From Octopus bimaculoides (lineage: Eukaryota): DNA of 36,783 bases. The notes below the pieces were generated by a model, which searched no databases, was not told where the DNA came from, and worked only from the letters and a program-made list of their open reading frames with translations. A program made the translations under genes and the position numbers. The stretch spans positions 77,780,611 to 77,817,393 of the forward strand of contig NC_068986.1 of the NCBI RefSeq assembly GCF_001194135.2. The letters run 5' to 3'. Positions within the stretch are counted from its first letter, which is position 1; the number at the start of each line of letters is the position of its first letter. This document shows, in pieces, positions 25,006 to 36,498 of this stretch.

Positions 25006-25076
25006 TCTATTTATCTATCTACCTACCTACTTACTCATCCATCCATCCATCCATCCATCCATCCATCCATCCATCC

Positions 25077-25126
<50 letters not shown>

Positions 25127-25128
25127 AT
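24860..25128. repeat. Compound tetranucleotide microsatellite (TCTG/TCTA/CCTA/TCCA)
   Basis: Directly visible blocks of tctg, tcta and tcca. Confidence 0.95.
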
Positions 25129-26160
25129 ATGGATATTGAAAAAGGAAAGAAATAATGAAGTATGTGAAAGAGAGTCGGTGAGAATAGTGGAGAGAAGTGA
25201 TTGGTGGTAAAAAGGATAACTGAAAGAAGACAAAACGAAACAGAAAAAATGTTGTTAGGCTTGAAGCAAAATCATTAAGAATTACTGAAAGGAGGCTGAA
25301 ATAAACCCTGCAATTTTTTATGGGTACTATGTTAGTATCATTAATAACTTTGACTGAATAGCTTTAAAATTCTTAGTTTTTTAAAATAATAACCTGATAC
25401 TGTTTTTAAAATAAAAAAAATACTTTACAACTAACAATAAAAATAAAATGGAAAAATTAAAACTCAATTTTATGACATATCAATAGGAGAATATAAATAT
25501 TTGAAATATATCTGAAGAATTTTTAAAATAAAATAAATAAAAATGAATGATAAATAGAAAGGAGAATAATAAATAGAAAATCAGCAATGTTGACACATGA
25601 CAGGAACAATAATTTGCTTCATAATAATTTGATAATAATGACACATGTTAAAATCTCATATTCTAAATAAATTTTGTTTAAAAACCAAAGTTGACAGAAA
25701 ATTACTGAAAACCATGCAACAACTATTTCTTTAAAAGGTATTTAGATCTTGACAGTTTGAAATACGCCTTAAATTTGCTCAACCATTTAAGAAAAGCTTG
25801 ATTGTGACAAAATGAAAATTTTCACTGTTTATTCTAAGATGAGGAAGGGAAGGCAGAGGAAACTTTAAAATTTAATTTATTGTGACAAAATATATTCTGG
25901 CAATGCTAATAGAAACCATAACTGCTAACATTTAACTACCATCATCATTATCACAAACAACATTAATTTGCATTATTTTCTGCAATCCTATTAAAGAGCA
26001 TATTTCTTCATTGTATCCTTCTAAGTTTAATGTATTTGCATTCAATATTCCATACCAAAATTGCCTTTATTTATTTTTGGATCTGATTGGTTCCCACTTT
26101 CAGTTTGTTTTATTTAGTTCATTAGTTTAAACACAAAGAGCACTCCTCACAAACTTTTAA

Positions 26161-26392
26161 CCCTTTGAGCCCGTATTTCTATTGATATACATTGTTTGTG
26201 CGTTTCCAATTAATTTTGAAATTAACCAAGAATTTGGAGGCATTTAGTAAAAATAACCTTGTCATTATTAACATGGTATTTGGAACATAACTTAATAAAA
26301 GGTTCTGTGATGGCATGTTTAAATTCAGATATGAACACTTTAACATCAGAGATTCTCTAGCATCATTCTAATGTATGTTGGTATTGAAAGGG
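26161..26392. mobile_element. piggyBac-type MITE, degenerate
   Basis: Left end TTAA|ccctttg, right end ttggtattgaaaggg. CCC...GGG termini with a TTAA target are the piggyBac signature; the right target site is degraded. Confidence 0.55.
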
Positions 26393-26779
26393 TCCTTTAA
26401 TGTGAGAGATTTCAGATAAATTGATTAGATTAATGTGCTTAATGTTTAAATTGCAATACTGCAGAATATATATTGGAGAGAAAAACTAGGCAGAAATGGA
26501 ATTCTGGGAGAAATGTAAGTCTGAGGAGTAAGGCTTCTGTAAAGTATTTTAGTGATGTCTACTATTCATGTGATCAGGTCCATGCAAACTAGTAACCGGA
26601 CCAAGCCAGATAAGATATGTTGGCCCCATTTGAAGTGGTAATAAACCAGGGCTAGATGAGATATATAGGCCCTATTTGAAGTAATATTTTGCAATGCATC
26701 TGTATCTTAAATCCAAAATTTCTGTTGAAATATATTATAATTTGCCTGACATTAATAATTATTTCAAATTTTTGCCACA

Positions 26780-26780
<1 letters not shown>

Positions 26781-26818
<38 letters not shown>

Positions 26819-26840
26819 TTAGATAGATAAATAGATAGAG

Positions 26841-26909
<69 letters not shown>
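26781..26909. repeat. (AGAT)/(AGAC)n microsatellite running into a gap
   Basis: Directly visible. Confidence 0.95.
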
Positions 26910-27244
26910 NNNNNNNNNNNNNNNNNNNNNNNNNNNNNNNNNNNNNNNNNNNNNNNNNNNNNNNNNNNNNNNNNNNNNNNNNNNNNNNNNNNNNNNNNNN
27001 NNNNNNNNNNNNNNNNNNNNNNNNNNNNNNNNNNNNNNNNNNNNNNNNNNNNNNNNNNNNNNNNNNNNNNNNNNNNNNNNNNNNNNNNNNNNNNNNNNNN
27101 NNNNNNNNNNNNNNNNNNNNNNNNNNNNNNNNNNNNNNNNNNNNNNNNNNNNNNNNNNNNNNNNNNNNNNNNNNNNNNNNNNNNNNNNNNNNNNNNNNNN
27201 NNNNNNNNNNNNNNNNNNNNNNNNNNNNNNNNNNNNNNNNNNNN

Positions 27245-27285
<41 letters not shown>

Positions 27286-27641
27286 TGATAATAATAATAA
27301 TAATAATAATGCCCGGATGCAGTACCAGGCAGTGGCTCTCATGGCTTCTGATCTTAATTGATTGGAAGTGTTATCATGTACATTGTTTTGTCTTAATATA
27401 AAAGATGGGCTACAGCAAATATTCTGCTTAATACCACAGATTTGCTTGTCAGTTGTTTGACCTTAACCAGTTGAGCATGTCCCTTGGTGGCTGACGATAT
27501 GTGCATCTCTGATCACGAGCAGAAGTAGTGGGGGAGCATCATAGCCATGTGTTGAGAGGAATTCTTTGGGGTTTGAATAATTCACCTTTGGAAACATGGG
27601 TGTTTTGCTCAACATCCTTAAACAAACCTTATTCAGGGACC
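27245..27641 (-). mobile_element. 5'-truncated retroelement 3' end with (ATT)n tail
   Basis: About 330 bp of higher-complexity sequence (27311-27641) ends on minus in a long (ATT)n tract (27245-27310) and starts abruptly at a TA tract. Family not identified. Confidence 0.5.
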
Positions 27642-27941
27642 TATATATATAGGCACTTATCTATCTAGCTAGCTAGATATATGCATATTCATATTTATAC
27701 AAGCAAACAAACATACTTGCATATGTACATATGCAAGCATGTTCGGAGAGGGATGGTCTCCACAAGCCTAATTTATCTCTGATATAACATATTTTCATTT
27801 TATTTTCATTTTATCCAGTTTCAGCTCATGAGCTGTGGCCATGCTGGGGCACTGCTATTTACCATATGATGAATTTTTTTTATCAAATTGGTGACTCATT
27901 AGGTTTGTGGTCTACACACACACACACACACNNNNNNNNNN

Positions 27942-28010
<69 letters not shown>

Positions 28011-28780
28011 CATTATGAGTACAAAAATTCTTGTACATGTACAGACACATGTACAGACATAGATGAATGAATAACAGATTACTGCATTAAGGGGCAATCA
28101 ATAACACATATCTTGAAATTGTACCTTGCCTATGCAGTATCGAACCTCTGTAAGTGATTCATTTTTTTGTTATTAGTTATACTATATTTAACACATATTT
28201 ATATTTTATTTATTTATTTGTTCACTTAATTTTCTTATTTCTTTACTCTTGGCAATATTACTGACAGTTTGGAACTGAACATATATATATATTATAAATC
28301 TTAAATTTCTTGCCTCACTCAGTATTTGCTCTTCCGCCAAATATCAAAATATGTCTGTTTCATTTTCATTCAGACATATCCACTCACATTGCATTTTTGA
28401 ATGAAAAATTGATCTAAAACGTATGTGTATATATGTTCATATGTACATACACATATATATATATATGCATAGATTTTTAAATATACATATATATATATAT
28501 ATATGAATATGAATATATTTATGAGCATATATATATATATNNNNNNNNNNNNNNNNNNNNNNNNNNNNNNNNNNNNNNNNNNNNNNNNNNNNNNNNNNNN
28601 NNNNNNNNNNNNNNNNNNNNNNNNNNNNNNNNNNNNNNNNNNNNNNNNNNNNNNNNNNNNNNNNNNNNNNNNNNNNNNNNNNNNNNNNNNNNNNNNNNNN
28701 NNNNNNNNNNNNNNNNNNCATAAAGAGCTTTAGAAAAGTATCTAGTCATTTTTGTTTTAAGATATTTTTTATGTAATCTA

Positions 28781-28812
28781 CCTTCCTACCTGCCTACCTA
28801 CCTACCTACCTA

Positions 28813-28847
<35 letters not shown>

Positions 28848-28884
28848 ACCTGTCTGCCTGCCTGCTTGCCTGCCTGCTTGCCTG

Positions 28885-28937
<53 letters not shown>

Positions 28938-28945
28938 TTCTATCT
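28781..28945. repeat. Compound microsatellite (CCTA)n-(CCTG)n-(CT)n-(TCTA)n
   Basis: Directly visible. Confidence 0.95.
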
Positions 28946-29223
28946 CTAAATACATACATGTAAGGCCTGCTATGAGCAAGATTGGTCATATGACTCAACC
29001 CATGCAAGATGAAGACCAGACTGAGTATTTGTGGAAGACTAGCATGCAAACCTCCTTTCTCCATGTTACTGATGTCTACCAAGATCTACCAAGAAAAGTG
29101 ATGTAAGTACCAGTCTTATTATAGGCATTGCTGTCAGAACACAGAGAACAGGAAAAGATACTACAAAACGTTTAGCCCAAAACTGGTAGCAGTTCTGCTA
29201 ATATCAGTTACCCTCAGTTCATA

Positions 29224-29440
29224 CAATGGGGTGCTGAAAAGTTCCCAGCTTTAAGGATATCACAAAAGACCTGGTTAGAGGCCCAACCTTCTGATTTATT
29301 TTACAGGGCTTAGAAAAACTGAAGGACCACTGCAATAAGTGTGTGAATCTGAGAAGGAAATATGTTGAATAAAATCATAAATAACTGATCTTCCTGTAGT
29401 TCCTTTTACTGAAAGCCAGGAACTTTTCAGCACCCCCTCG
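29224..29440. mobile_element. Mariner-type MITE, 217 bp
   Basis: TIRs caatggggtgctgaaaagttcccagcttt vs reverse complement cgagggggtgctgaaaagttcctggcttt, with TA on both sides (29222-23, 29441-42). Confidence 0.85.
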
Positions 29441-30164
29441 TATATTTCTTGTATTTCATTCTCTTCTCTTATGGGTAGTCTGTAGCATGTTATCTAATAT
29501 CTACTCTCCTTATTTTTTCCACCTCAGGTGAAATATGATTTAAGTGACTTTGGCTGCTATTTCTTGCAAGTTGGAAAACGGTTTAGACACTTTTGCATCG
29601 GCCCCTTATGCTAGTTTTCTAATTAAGTTTTGAAGTTTGAGTTTTTGAAACACCATGTTAAATACTTTAATTAATCAATGAGTAATCAATAAATGATTTG
29701 GCAAAGGCATACTGGGAGACGGAAGTGATCAATATGCAATTCTAATTGCTTTATCATTTTTAAAAAGTATAAAAATTCAATTTTAAAATATCAATTTTCA
29801 TGATTTTCTTTTTTGTAGCCAGGATGAGATACTCAAACATCAATTAACATACCTAAATGTTTAAATTGTAAGAAGTAGAAAATTATATGGAATTTTAAAC
29901 TCATTTGTTTGTTCATTCATTTGTTTGACATTTGTTTTCCCATGCTAATGGATGGCAATTGATTTTGAGGCAGGATTTTATGGCTGGATGCTCTTCCTGT
30001 CATGAACCCTCACCTGGGATTTTTTAAGATTCCACAGGTCATAGAAAGCATAAAGGGCAGAGTGACCTGTCATAAGGTCAAATGGTGACAAGAGGAATAT
30101 CAACATTCATGAACATTTGCACACACACACATACATATATATTTGCATCCAATTTATATATGTT

Positions 30165-30197
<33 letters not shown>

Positions 30198-30770
30198 AAA
30201 TATTATATAAATGTATGTTTCACTCCATAACTGCCATTGCTGAAGAGTGCAGGGTTACATGATCGGACTGTTATCTAGCACTCCGTTGAACCCCTAGTGT
30301 GAAACCAATTGGTAAGATCGGCCATAATGGATATATAATACTGTACACTTTGATTAATATATATATATAGATGTTTTGTGTCTATATGTGTAATGAATAG
30401 TTTCTTATATTCTTAGCCAAGATTCGAAACCAAGGTTAGTTTTTCTACGAGATCCTTTCTTTTGTTCTTGTCATTAGCACTTACAAATTTATGAGAGTCA
30501 GTTGTCACATACAGATAACTTCTATTCTTTAACTGACCATTTGAGTCAAACTTAGTTCAAAACAGATAGGAGACGGAAAGTACTTTGTTTAGCCTGACCT
30601 AATTTATTTAGAAGAAAATATAAATATGGAACCCAAATCTGCTTCTACTTCTTTTACAAAAGGAACACTTCATGTATGGCTTGTCACCACATGACTACAC
30701 AACTTTTACCCTCTCTATTTGTCTAAATTATTTTACTTTTTCTGTCTCCTTGTTTCATCTACTCTTCTAG

Positions 30771-30815
30771 CAGTCAACAAAAGATGAACTTAACTACCTA
30801 CAATGTGGACTATAG
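30771..30815 (+). CDS. Candidate host-gene terminal coding exon (QSTKDELNYLQCGL*), product unknown
   Basis: About 40-nt polypyrimidine tract ending in a tandem TAG-CAG acceptor, 14 codons to TAG, and AATAAA at 30876-30881. No homology recognised and no partner exons identified. Confidence 0.25.
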   Translation, partial: QSTKDELNYLQCGL

Positions 30816-31194
30816 AATTAAAACCAACCTATGTATAACAACAACTCAAAGTTGTAGCTTGCATTGTAACGAAAAAATAAAAGCAATATCAAATTCTATT
30901 TTCCTTTCTCTCATTTATTTGCTACATATAAATCATTACATGTGTATATATAAATGTTTATGTGTGTGTATGTACGCACACACATAATATATATATATAT
31001 ATAATATGAGTTTGGAGGGATACATCTGAGCAGATACTGTATTGGCTCTCAGTTAAGTTCCAGTTAACAGCTAACCATTTCGATTAGTACTTAATGTCTG
31101 TGACTATTATTCGTTACTAGTCACTCTGTGAATTCTTCTGATGGGTAATTCTGTGTATGCTTTGCTGGACAGTAAAAATCGTCTGGGCCATATA

Positions 31195-31276
31195 TCATCA
31201 TCATCATCATCATCATCGTCATTATTATTATTAGTAGTAGTAGTAGTATTATTGTTGTTATTATTATTATATTATA
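31195..31276. repeat. Compound trinucleotide microsatellite (ATC/ATT/AGT/GTT)
   Basis: Directly visible. Lies immediately 5' of the RTE insertion. Confidence 0.9.
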
Positions 31277-31279
31277 ATG

Positions 31280-32846
31280 GGGGAACTGTATGAGATACCC
31301 AGAAGAAGTTTGCCAATGTTCAGTGACGTGAGAGCCAGCGAACTGAAATATTTCAAATTGCAAGACAGTGTGTGAGAGAAAATTGTGATGTCACAGGAGA
31401 GAAATGTGTCCACATGGATGATGGTGCACTTGCATTTAATGATTCTGAAAAGAAAGAGGCTTGGAGAAGCCATTATGAAAGGCTGCTGAATGTGGAGAAT
31501 GAATGGGAGGAGGAGAGCCTGCCAAATGTTGAGCCAGTAGGGGGACCAGCTACCTGAATAGACAGCACCCTGGTAGATAAAGCAATTAAGGATATGAAGT
31601 CAGGAAAAGGCCCCTGCCCATCAGAAATCACTGCTGAGATGCTTAAAATATCTGGTAGTGTGGGTCATAGCCTAGTCATCTGTATTGTAAACCAGGTAGT
31701 TCACAAAGGAGTCATACCCAATGACTGGTGTAGCAGCACCATAGTCAACTGCTACAAAGGTAAAAGTGATGCTTTTGGTAGAAATAACTACAGGGGTATC
31801 AAACTGCTGGATCAAGTGATGAATGTCATGGAGAGGGCCAGCCCAACTAATTAGGGAGAGTGTCTGCTTAGATGAGATGCAGTTTGGTTTTGTGTCAGGT
31901 AGAAGCACCACTGATGCTATATTCCTGATAGGGCATGTGCAAGAGAAATATCTAGCCAAAGATAAACCCCTATATTTGGCTTTTGTTGACTTAGAGAAAG
32001 CTTCTGACAAGGTCCCCTGATCTCTTATCTGGTAGGGGATGCAGAAACTGGGAATTGACAAGTGGTTAATAAGAGCTGTACAGGCCTTGTACAGGGATGC
32101 CTTTAGTAATGTAAGGGTTGGCAATGAGTATAGTGAAGAATTCCGGGTAGAAATAGGAGTTCACCTAGGATCAGCCCTCAGCCTCCTCTTATTCATCATA
32201 GTCCTCCAGGCAATAACAGAGGAATTCAAGACAGGCTGCCCCTGGAAGCTCCTCTATGCTGATGACCTTGCTCTCATAGCAGAAACACTACCAGAACTAG
32301 AGAAGAAATTTCAGGTGTAGAAGCAAGTTTTAGAATTGAAGTCAATATTGCAAAAACGAAAGTTCTAGTAAGAAGGAAGGCAAACACATCACAAACCCCT
32401 TCAGGTAGATGACCCTGCACGATCTGTAGAAAAGCTGTAGGTAGAAACTTCATAAGATGTACCCAGTATAAGCTATGGATGCATAAGAGGTGCAGCAACA
32501 TCAAAGGAAGGTTAACCGGGAAGATTCCTTCACATACCAGGGGGAGAAANNNNNNNNNNAAGGAAGGTTAACCGGGAAGATTCCTTCACATACCAGGGGG
32601 AGAAACTACAAATAGTTGATCGATGCCAATGTTGCCTTACTGGCTCCCATGCCGGTGGTATGTAAAAAGAACCCACTACACTCTTGGAGTGGTTGGCATT
32701 AGGAAGGGTATCCAGCTGTAGAAACATTGCCAGACCAGATTGGAGCCTGGTGCAGCCTCTTGGCTTGCAAGCCCCCAGTCAAACCGTCCAACCCATGCCA
32801 GCATGGAAAATGGATGTAAACGATGATGATGATGATGATGATGATT
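31280..32846 (+). mobile_element. 5'-truncated RTE-clade non-LTR retrotransposon
   Basis: RT-coding relic followed by the family 3' terminus and (GAT)n tail at 32822-32846. No endonuclease domain retained, and there is an internal deletion between ~32625 and the 3'UTR. Confidence 0.95.
31303..32605 (+). pseudogene. RTE reverse transcriptase, disrupted
   Basis: KAxGPSxITAEML, W..STIV..YKGK.D...NNYRGIKLL, QFGFVSGRSTTDAIF, LAFVDLEKA.DKVP, GVHLGSALSLLLF and YADD (32255-32266). In-frame stops at ~31325, 31555, 32018, 32032, 32318 and 32410, plus frameshifts. Confidence 0.95.
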
Positions 32847-33705
32847 ATATATATATATATATATATATAGATAGATAGATATATATACATATGAGTTACT
32901 TTTTGATCATATAGCTACCAATGTTCATTTGAGCTGTGTTTCCATTTCTATTTCCACTTTCTTCCTCCTTTTTGTCTCCTCTCAACTTCTCGGAACTTAT
33001 GCGACAAAGGGCTACACCTGAAATGTCATATTTTCACTTTTAACTTTCTCTCTAGAACTTTCACTGAGCAACAAACNNNNNNNNNNNNNNNNNNNNNNNN
33101 NNNNNNNNNNNNNNNNNNNNNNNNNNNNNNNNNNNNNNNNNNNNNNNNNNNNNNNNNNNNNNNNNNNNNNNNNNNNNNNNNNNNNNNNNNNNNNNNNNNN
33201 NNNNNNNNNNNNNNNNNNNNNNNNNNNNNNNNNNNNNNNNNNNNNNNNNNNNNNNNNNNNNNNNNNNNNNNNNNNNNNNNNNNNNNNNNNNNNNNNNNNN
33301 NNNNNNNNNNNNNNNNNNNNNNNNNNNNNNNNNNNNNNNNNNNNNNNNNNNNNNNNNNNNNNNNNNNNNNNNNNNNNNNNNNNNNNNNNNNNNNNNNNNN
33401 NNNNNNNNNNNNNNNNNNNNNNNNNNNNNNNNNNNNNNNNNNNNNNNNNNNNNNNNNNNNNNNNNNNNNNNNNNNNNNNNNNNNNNNNNNNNNNNNNNNN
33501 NNNNNNNNNNNNNNNNNNNNNNNNNNNNNNNNNNNNNNNNNNNNNNNNNNNNNNNNNNNNNNNNNNNNNNNNNNNNNNNNNNNNNNNNNNNNNNNNNNNN
33601 NNNNNNNNNNNNNNNNNNNNNNNNNNNNNNNNNNNNNNNNNNNNNNNNNNNNNNNNNNNNNNNNNNNNNNNNNNNNNNNNNNNNNNNNNNNNNNNNNNNN
33701 NCATT

Positions 33706-33740
33706 GGACAGTTGTGATCAAGTCTTGATCACAATTGTCC
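33706..33740. repeat. 35-bp hairpin (17-bp arms, 1-nt loop)
   Basis: ggacagttgtgatcaag-t-cttgatcacaattgtcc; one G-T pair. Confidence 0.9.
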
Positions 33741-33818
33741 GACAAACAGCAATGTGAAATTCTGAGTCAGTCTTTTGTGATGGTTTTGCAGATATAATAA
33801 TAAAGTATATATATGTAT

Positions 33819-34295
33819 ATATATATGAAAGAAGGTTTGAAAATGCAATTTTAAAGATATTTATTCACTTAACCGGTTTCACTTTTTTAGAAAAAGATTG
33901 TCAAAAGTAAAATATCAAGCTTTGTAGTATTAGGTCTTTGAGAATAATAGAAAATGTTAAAAAACAGTTTGAGTATTAAAATACATATATACATTCTTTG
34001 ATGATAATAAGAGGAATATATTTAAAGTATGAATCTTTGTATGAGCTTTGTAGTGTTACACTACAAAGCTCATACAAAGCTTCATACTTTAAATATATTC
34101 CTCTTATTATCATCAAAGAATGTATATATGTATTTTAATACTCAAACTGTTTTTTAACATTTTCTATTATTCTCAAAGACCTAATACTACAAAGCTTGAT
34201 ATTTTACTTTTGACAATCTTTTTCTAAAAAAGTGAAACCGGTTAAGTGAATAAATATCTTTAAAATTGCATTTTCAAACCTTCTTTCATATATAT
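33819..34295. repeat. 477-bp near-perfect palindrome (238-bp arms, 1-nt loop, 1 mismatch)
   Basis: 33819-34056 is the reverse complement of 34058-34295 except at 34034/34080. Centre T34057. Checked block by block. Confidence 0.95.
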
Positions 34296-34333
34296 TTCCA
34301 CTCATACGGTATCCCACAACTTTACTTTATTAT

Positions 34334-34373
34334 ATCGTTTAACGTCCGCTTTCCATGCTACCATGGGTTGGAC
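34334..34373 (-). mobile_element. Short RTE-tail fragment
   Basis: Reverse complement gtccaacccatggtagcatggaaagcggacgttaaacgat matches 3502-3538. Confidence 0.8.
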
Positions 34374-34379
34374 ACACTA

Positions 34380-34400
34380 TATATATGTGTGTGTGTGTGT

Positions 34401-34432
<32 letters not shown>

Positions 34433-34540
34433 ATACATATATATATATGATAGATTGGCTTAAGACAGTTTGTAATCTACCAAATTCATTTACAAGGTAT
34501 TGTTGAACCTGAGATTATAGTAGAAGACACTTGTGCAAAG
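34380..34540 (-). mobile_element. Degenerate SINE family A head fragment with (TG)/(TA) tract
   Basis: ctaccaaattcatttacaagg...tatagtagaagacacttg is the reverse complement of the central part of the head. Confidence 0.55.
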
Positions 34541-34929
34541 TATGTAGAGTAAATCTTATGTTAGAATTATTCCTGTTAATGCTATGAGATTCTTAATATC
34601 TATTTCAAGGAATCTGATCTTAATTATTTATGTATCAGACTATTCTTCACCAAAGAAGTGTAATGAAGCCACAGTTGCCACCACACATACCAAAAGTCAG
34701 CCTCACTATCCACTGTATATTGTTAGTTAATTTTTAATCAATCTAAATTTCAGAGTTTTTTTCCTTATCGTTTTTGACAAGAATTGTCTTCAACACCAGT
34801 TAATTTTCTTATTGTTGCACATTAATTTTAAATGATTAGAAATACTTTTTAGTTTATTACATTAAGTATGTTAGCCAGCACTTTATATTGCTTTTTATAC
34901 TGGAGGCATTCCTGGGAAATTTTCCAAAT

Positions 34930-35125
34930 AATTCTTTATAGTAAAGACACAAGACCTGAAATTTGAGAGCGGTAGGGTTAGTTGATGCCACTGATTAAGC
35001 ACTTGATTGGTATTTTGTTTGGAGGAATGAAGGGCAAAGTTGACCTTGGTGCAATTTGAATTCAGATTATATAGATTAAGGACAAATACAAGAAGGCTTT
35101 AACAATTATGCCAGCTCACTTTCTA
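34930..35125 (-). mobile_element. SINE family B, degenerate
   Basis: cacaagacctgaaattt...ggcaaagttgaccttggtgcaatttgaattcaga...tgccagctcac. Confidence 0.6.
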
Positions 35126-35419
35126 AATTAATTAATAATAATAATTTGTTTCTGTAAGGCTCATCACCTCCCCTCTTGCCAGCTTTGGGTATGAATATAT
35201 CTGATTGAATGTCTAGGATCAAAATATAACCCCAGAGTAGCAGCTATGTTTTTCTCAGTCTGGTAGATTTTTGTTTAATCCAACATAATTGGGTGGCATG
35301 CCTTGACATAGTGGTCTGTGTGTGTTGCTTTCTGTTCCATATGCATAAAAAGAATTTATTTCCAATGTTGTTATTTAGCTCCTGAATATGCTCTAATCAA
35401 TTACATAATAACATAATTC

Positions 35420-35515
35420 TTTCTAATTTTGGCACAAGTTGAGCAATATTTTAAGGGATAGGATTAGTCAATAACATTGACCTCAGTGCTCCACCGGTAC
35501 TTATTTTATCAACAC
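35420..35515 (-). mobile_element. SINE family B 3' fragment
   Basis: ttttggcacaag...ggattagtcaataacattgacctcagtgctccaccggtacttattttatcaac. Confidence 0.5.
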
Positions 35516-36024
35516 CTATATTATACTGCCTATAATTAAAGACATTCCAATCATGATCATCCTGTCTTTTTGCAGGTTGGGCCANNNNNNNNNNNNNNNN
35601 NNNNNNNNNNNNNNNNNNNNNNNNNNNNNNNNNNNNNNNNNNNNNNNNNNNNNNNNNNNNNNNNNNNNNNNNNNNNNNNNNNNNNNNNNNNNNTATATAT
35701 ATATATATATGATGTTAAGGTACACATAGATGTATATGTTTGTATGGTTGGATACTTTGGTGATCAGACACTTTGTTGTAAAAGTATTTTGTATATTAGA
35801 TTAAACTGTTTCCATGAAATCTCTAAGTAGTCCTTGAATTTAAGTATATTCTCAATTTAATACGGTTTCTATGCAGAAAATATCTTTAATTTATATTACT
35901 CTAAATTTACATATACCACTTAGTGCTGACAATAATCTCAGCTGAATTAATACTCTCAATGATCTTCCTAATATAGTATCCTTTTAGATGCAATCTTTAA
36001 TTCAAATAATATATTCAATTTGTG

Positions 36025-36225
36025 ACAGTGTGTGGCCTAATGTTTAGTGTGTTTATTCATGATCATAAGGTCATAATATCAGTTCCTGCGCCACTTGATG
36101 AATTGATGTGCTATGGTCTTGTGCAATGTACTTTATTTCACATTGCTCCACTCTTCTCAGCTCCTAAGAATACAAGCTGGTGCAACCCTCTCCTGCTAGC
36201 TATCACATCTTGTGTCTTCTATTGA
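36025..36225 (+). mobile_element. Degenerate tRNA-derived SINE with CORE/V-like domain
   Basis: tggcctaatgtttag head, then tcttgtgcaatgtactttatttcacattgctccactc, as in 17510-17733 and 18588-18919. Confidence 0.55.
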
Positions 36226-36368
36226 GTCAAGAACTGAAACTGTGTCAACAATTTGTAGAAAAAATGCATGAGATTTTATAATTTCAAACTCACTTTTGAG
36301 TCATTGTTGGCTGCATTTTTTATATGCATTTAGGCTTTACTACTCCAAGGTATATGAATTAAATTTAA

Positions 36369-36498
36369 CCCTTTAGCAGTCACATTATCCTGTCCAAAGT
36401 AATGCTTCTTTATACATATGAATTGAATTAATCCCGCATTATCTTGTAGCTTTTGAGATTTGGATGAGGTAATAGGGAATTTTTAGAAGGATATTCTA
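36369..36498. mobile_element. piggyBac-type MITE left part, interrupted by RTE insertion
   Basis: TTAA|ccctttagca terminus. The sequence switches to RT-coding DNA at ~36499 without reaching a second terminus. Confidence 0.45.

Noticed and set aside
27463-27639. 58-codon open frame on minus in the (ATT)n-tailed element
   Set aside because: Short, no recognisable motif, and within the range of chance open frames.
32018-32412. Three Trp-to-stop (TGG>TAG/TGA) changes suggesting G-to-A hypermutation
   Set aside because: Too few events. The other stops are ordinary CGA>TGA CpG decay, so neutral ageing is sufficient.
32503-32605. Apparent 46-bp direct repeat in the RTE element
   Set aside because: The two identical copies flank a 10-N gap, the classic signature of unmerged overlapping contig ends.
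462-35830. Most ORFs in the supplied track (poly-X, YIYI, HTHT, CVCV, LSVC, MMMM peptides)
   Set aside because: They are translations of N-gaps, microsatellites and SINE/LINE tails, not proteins.
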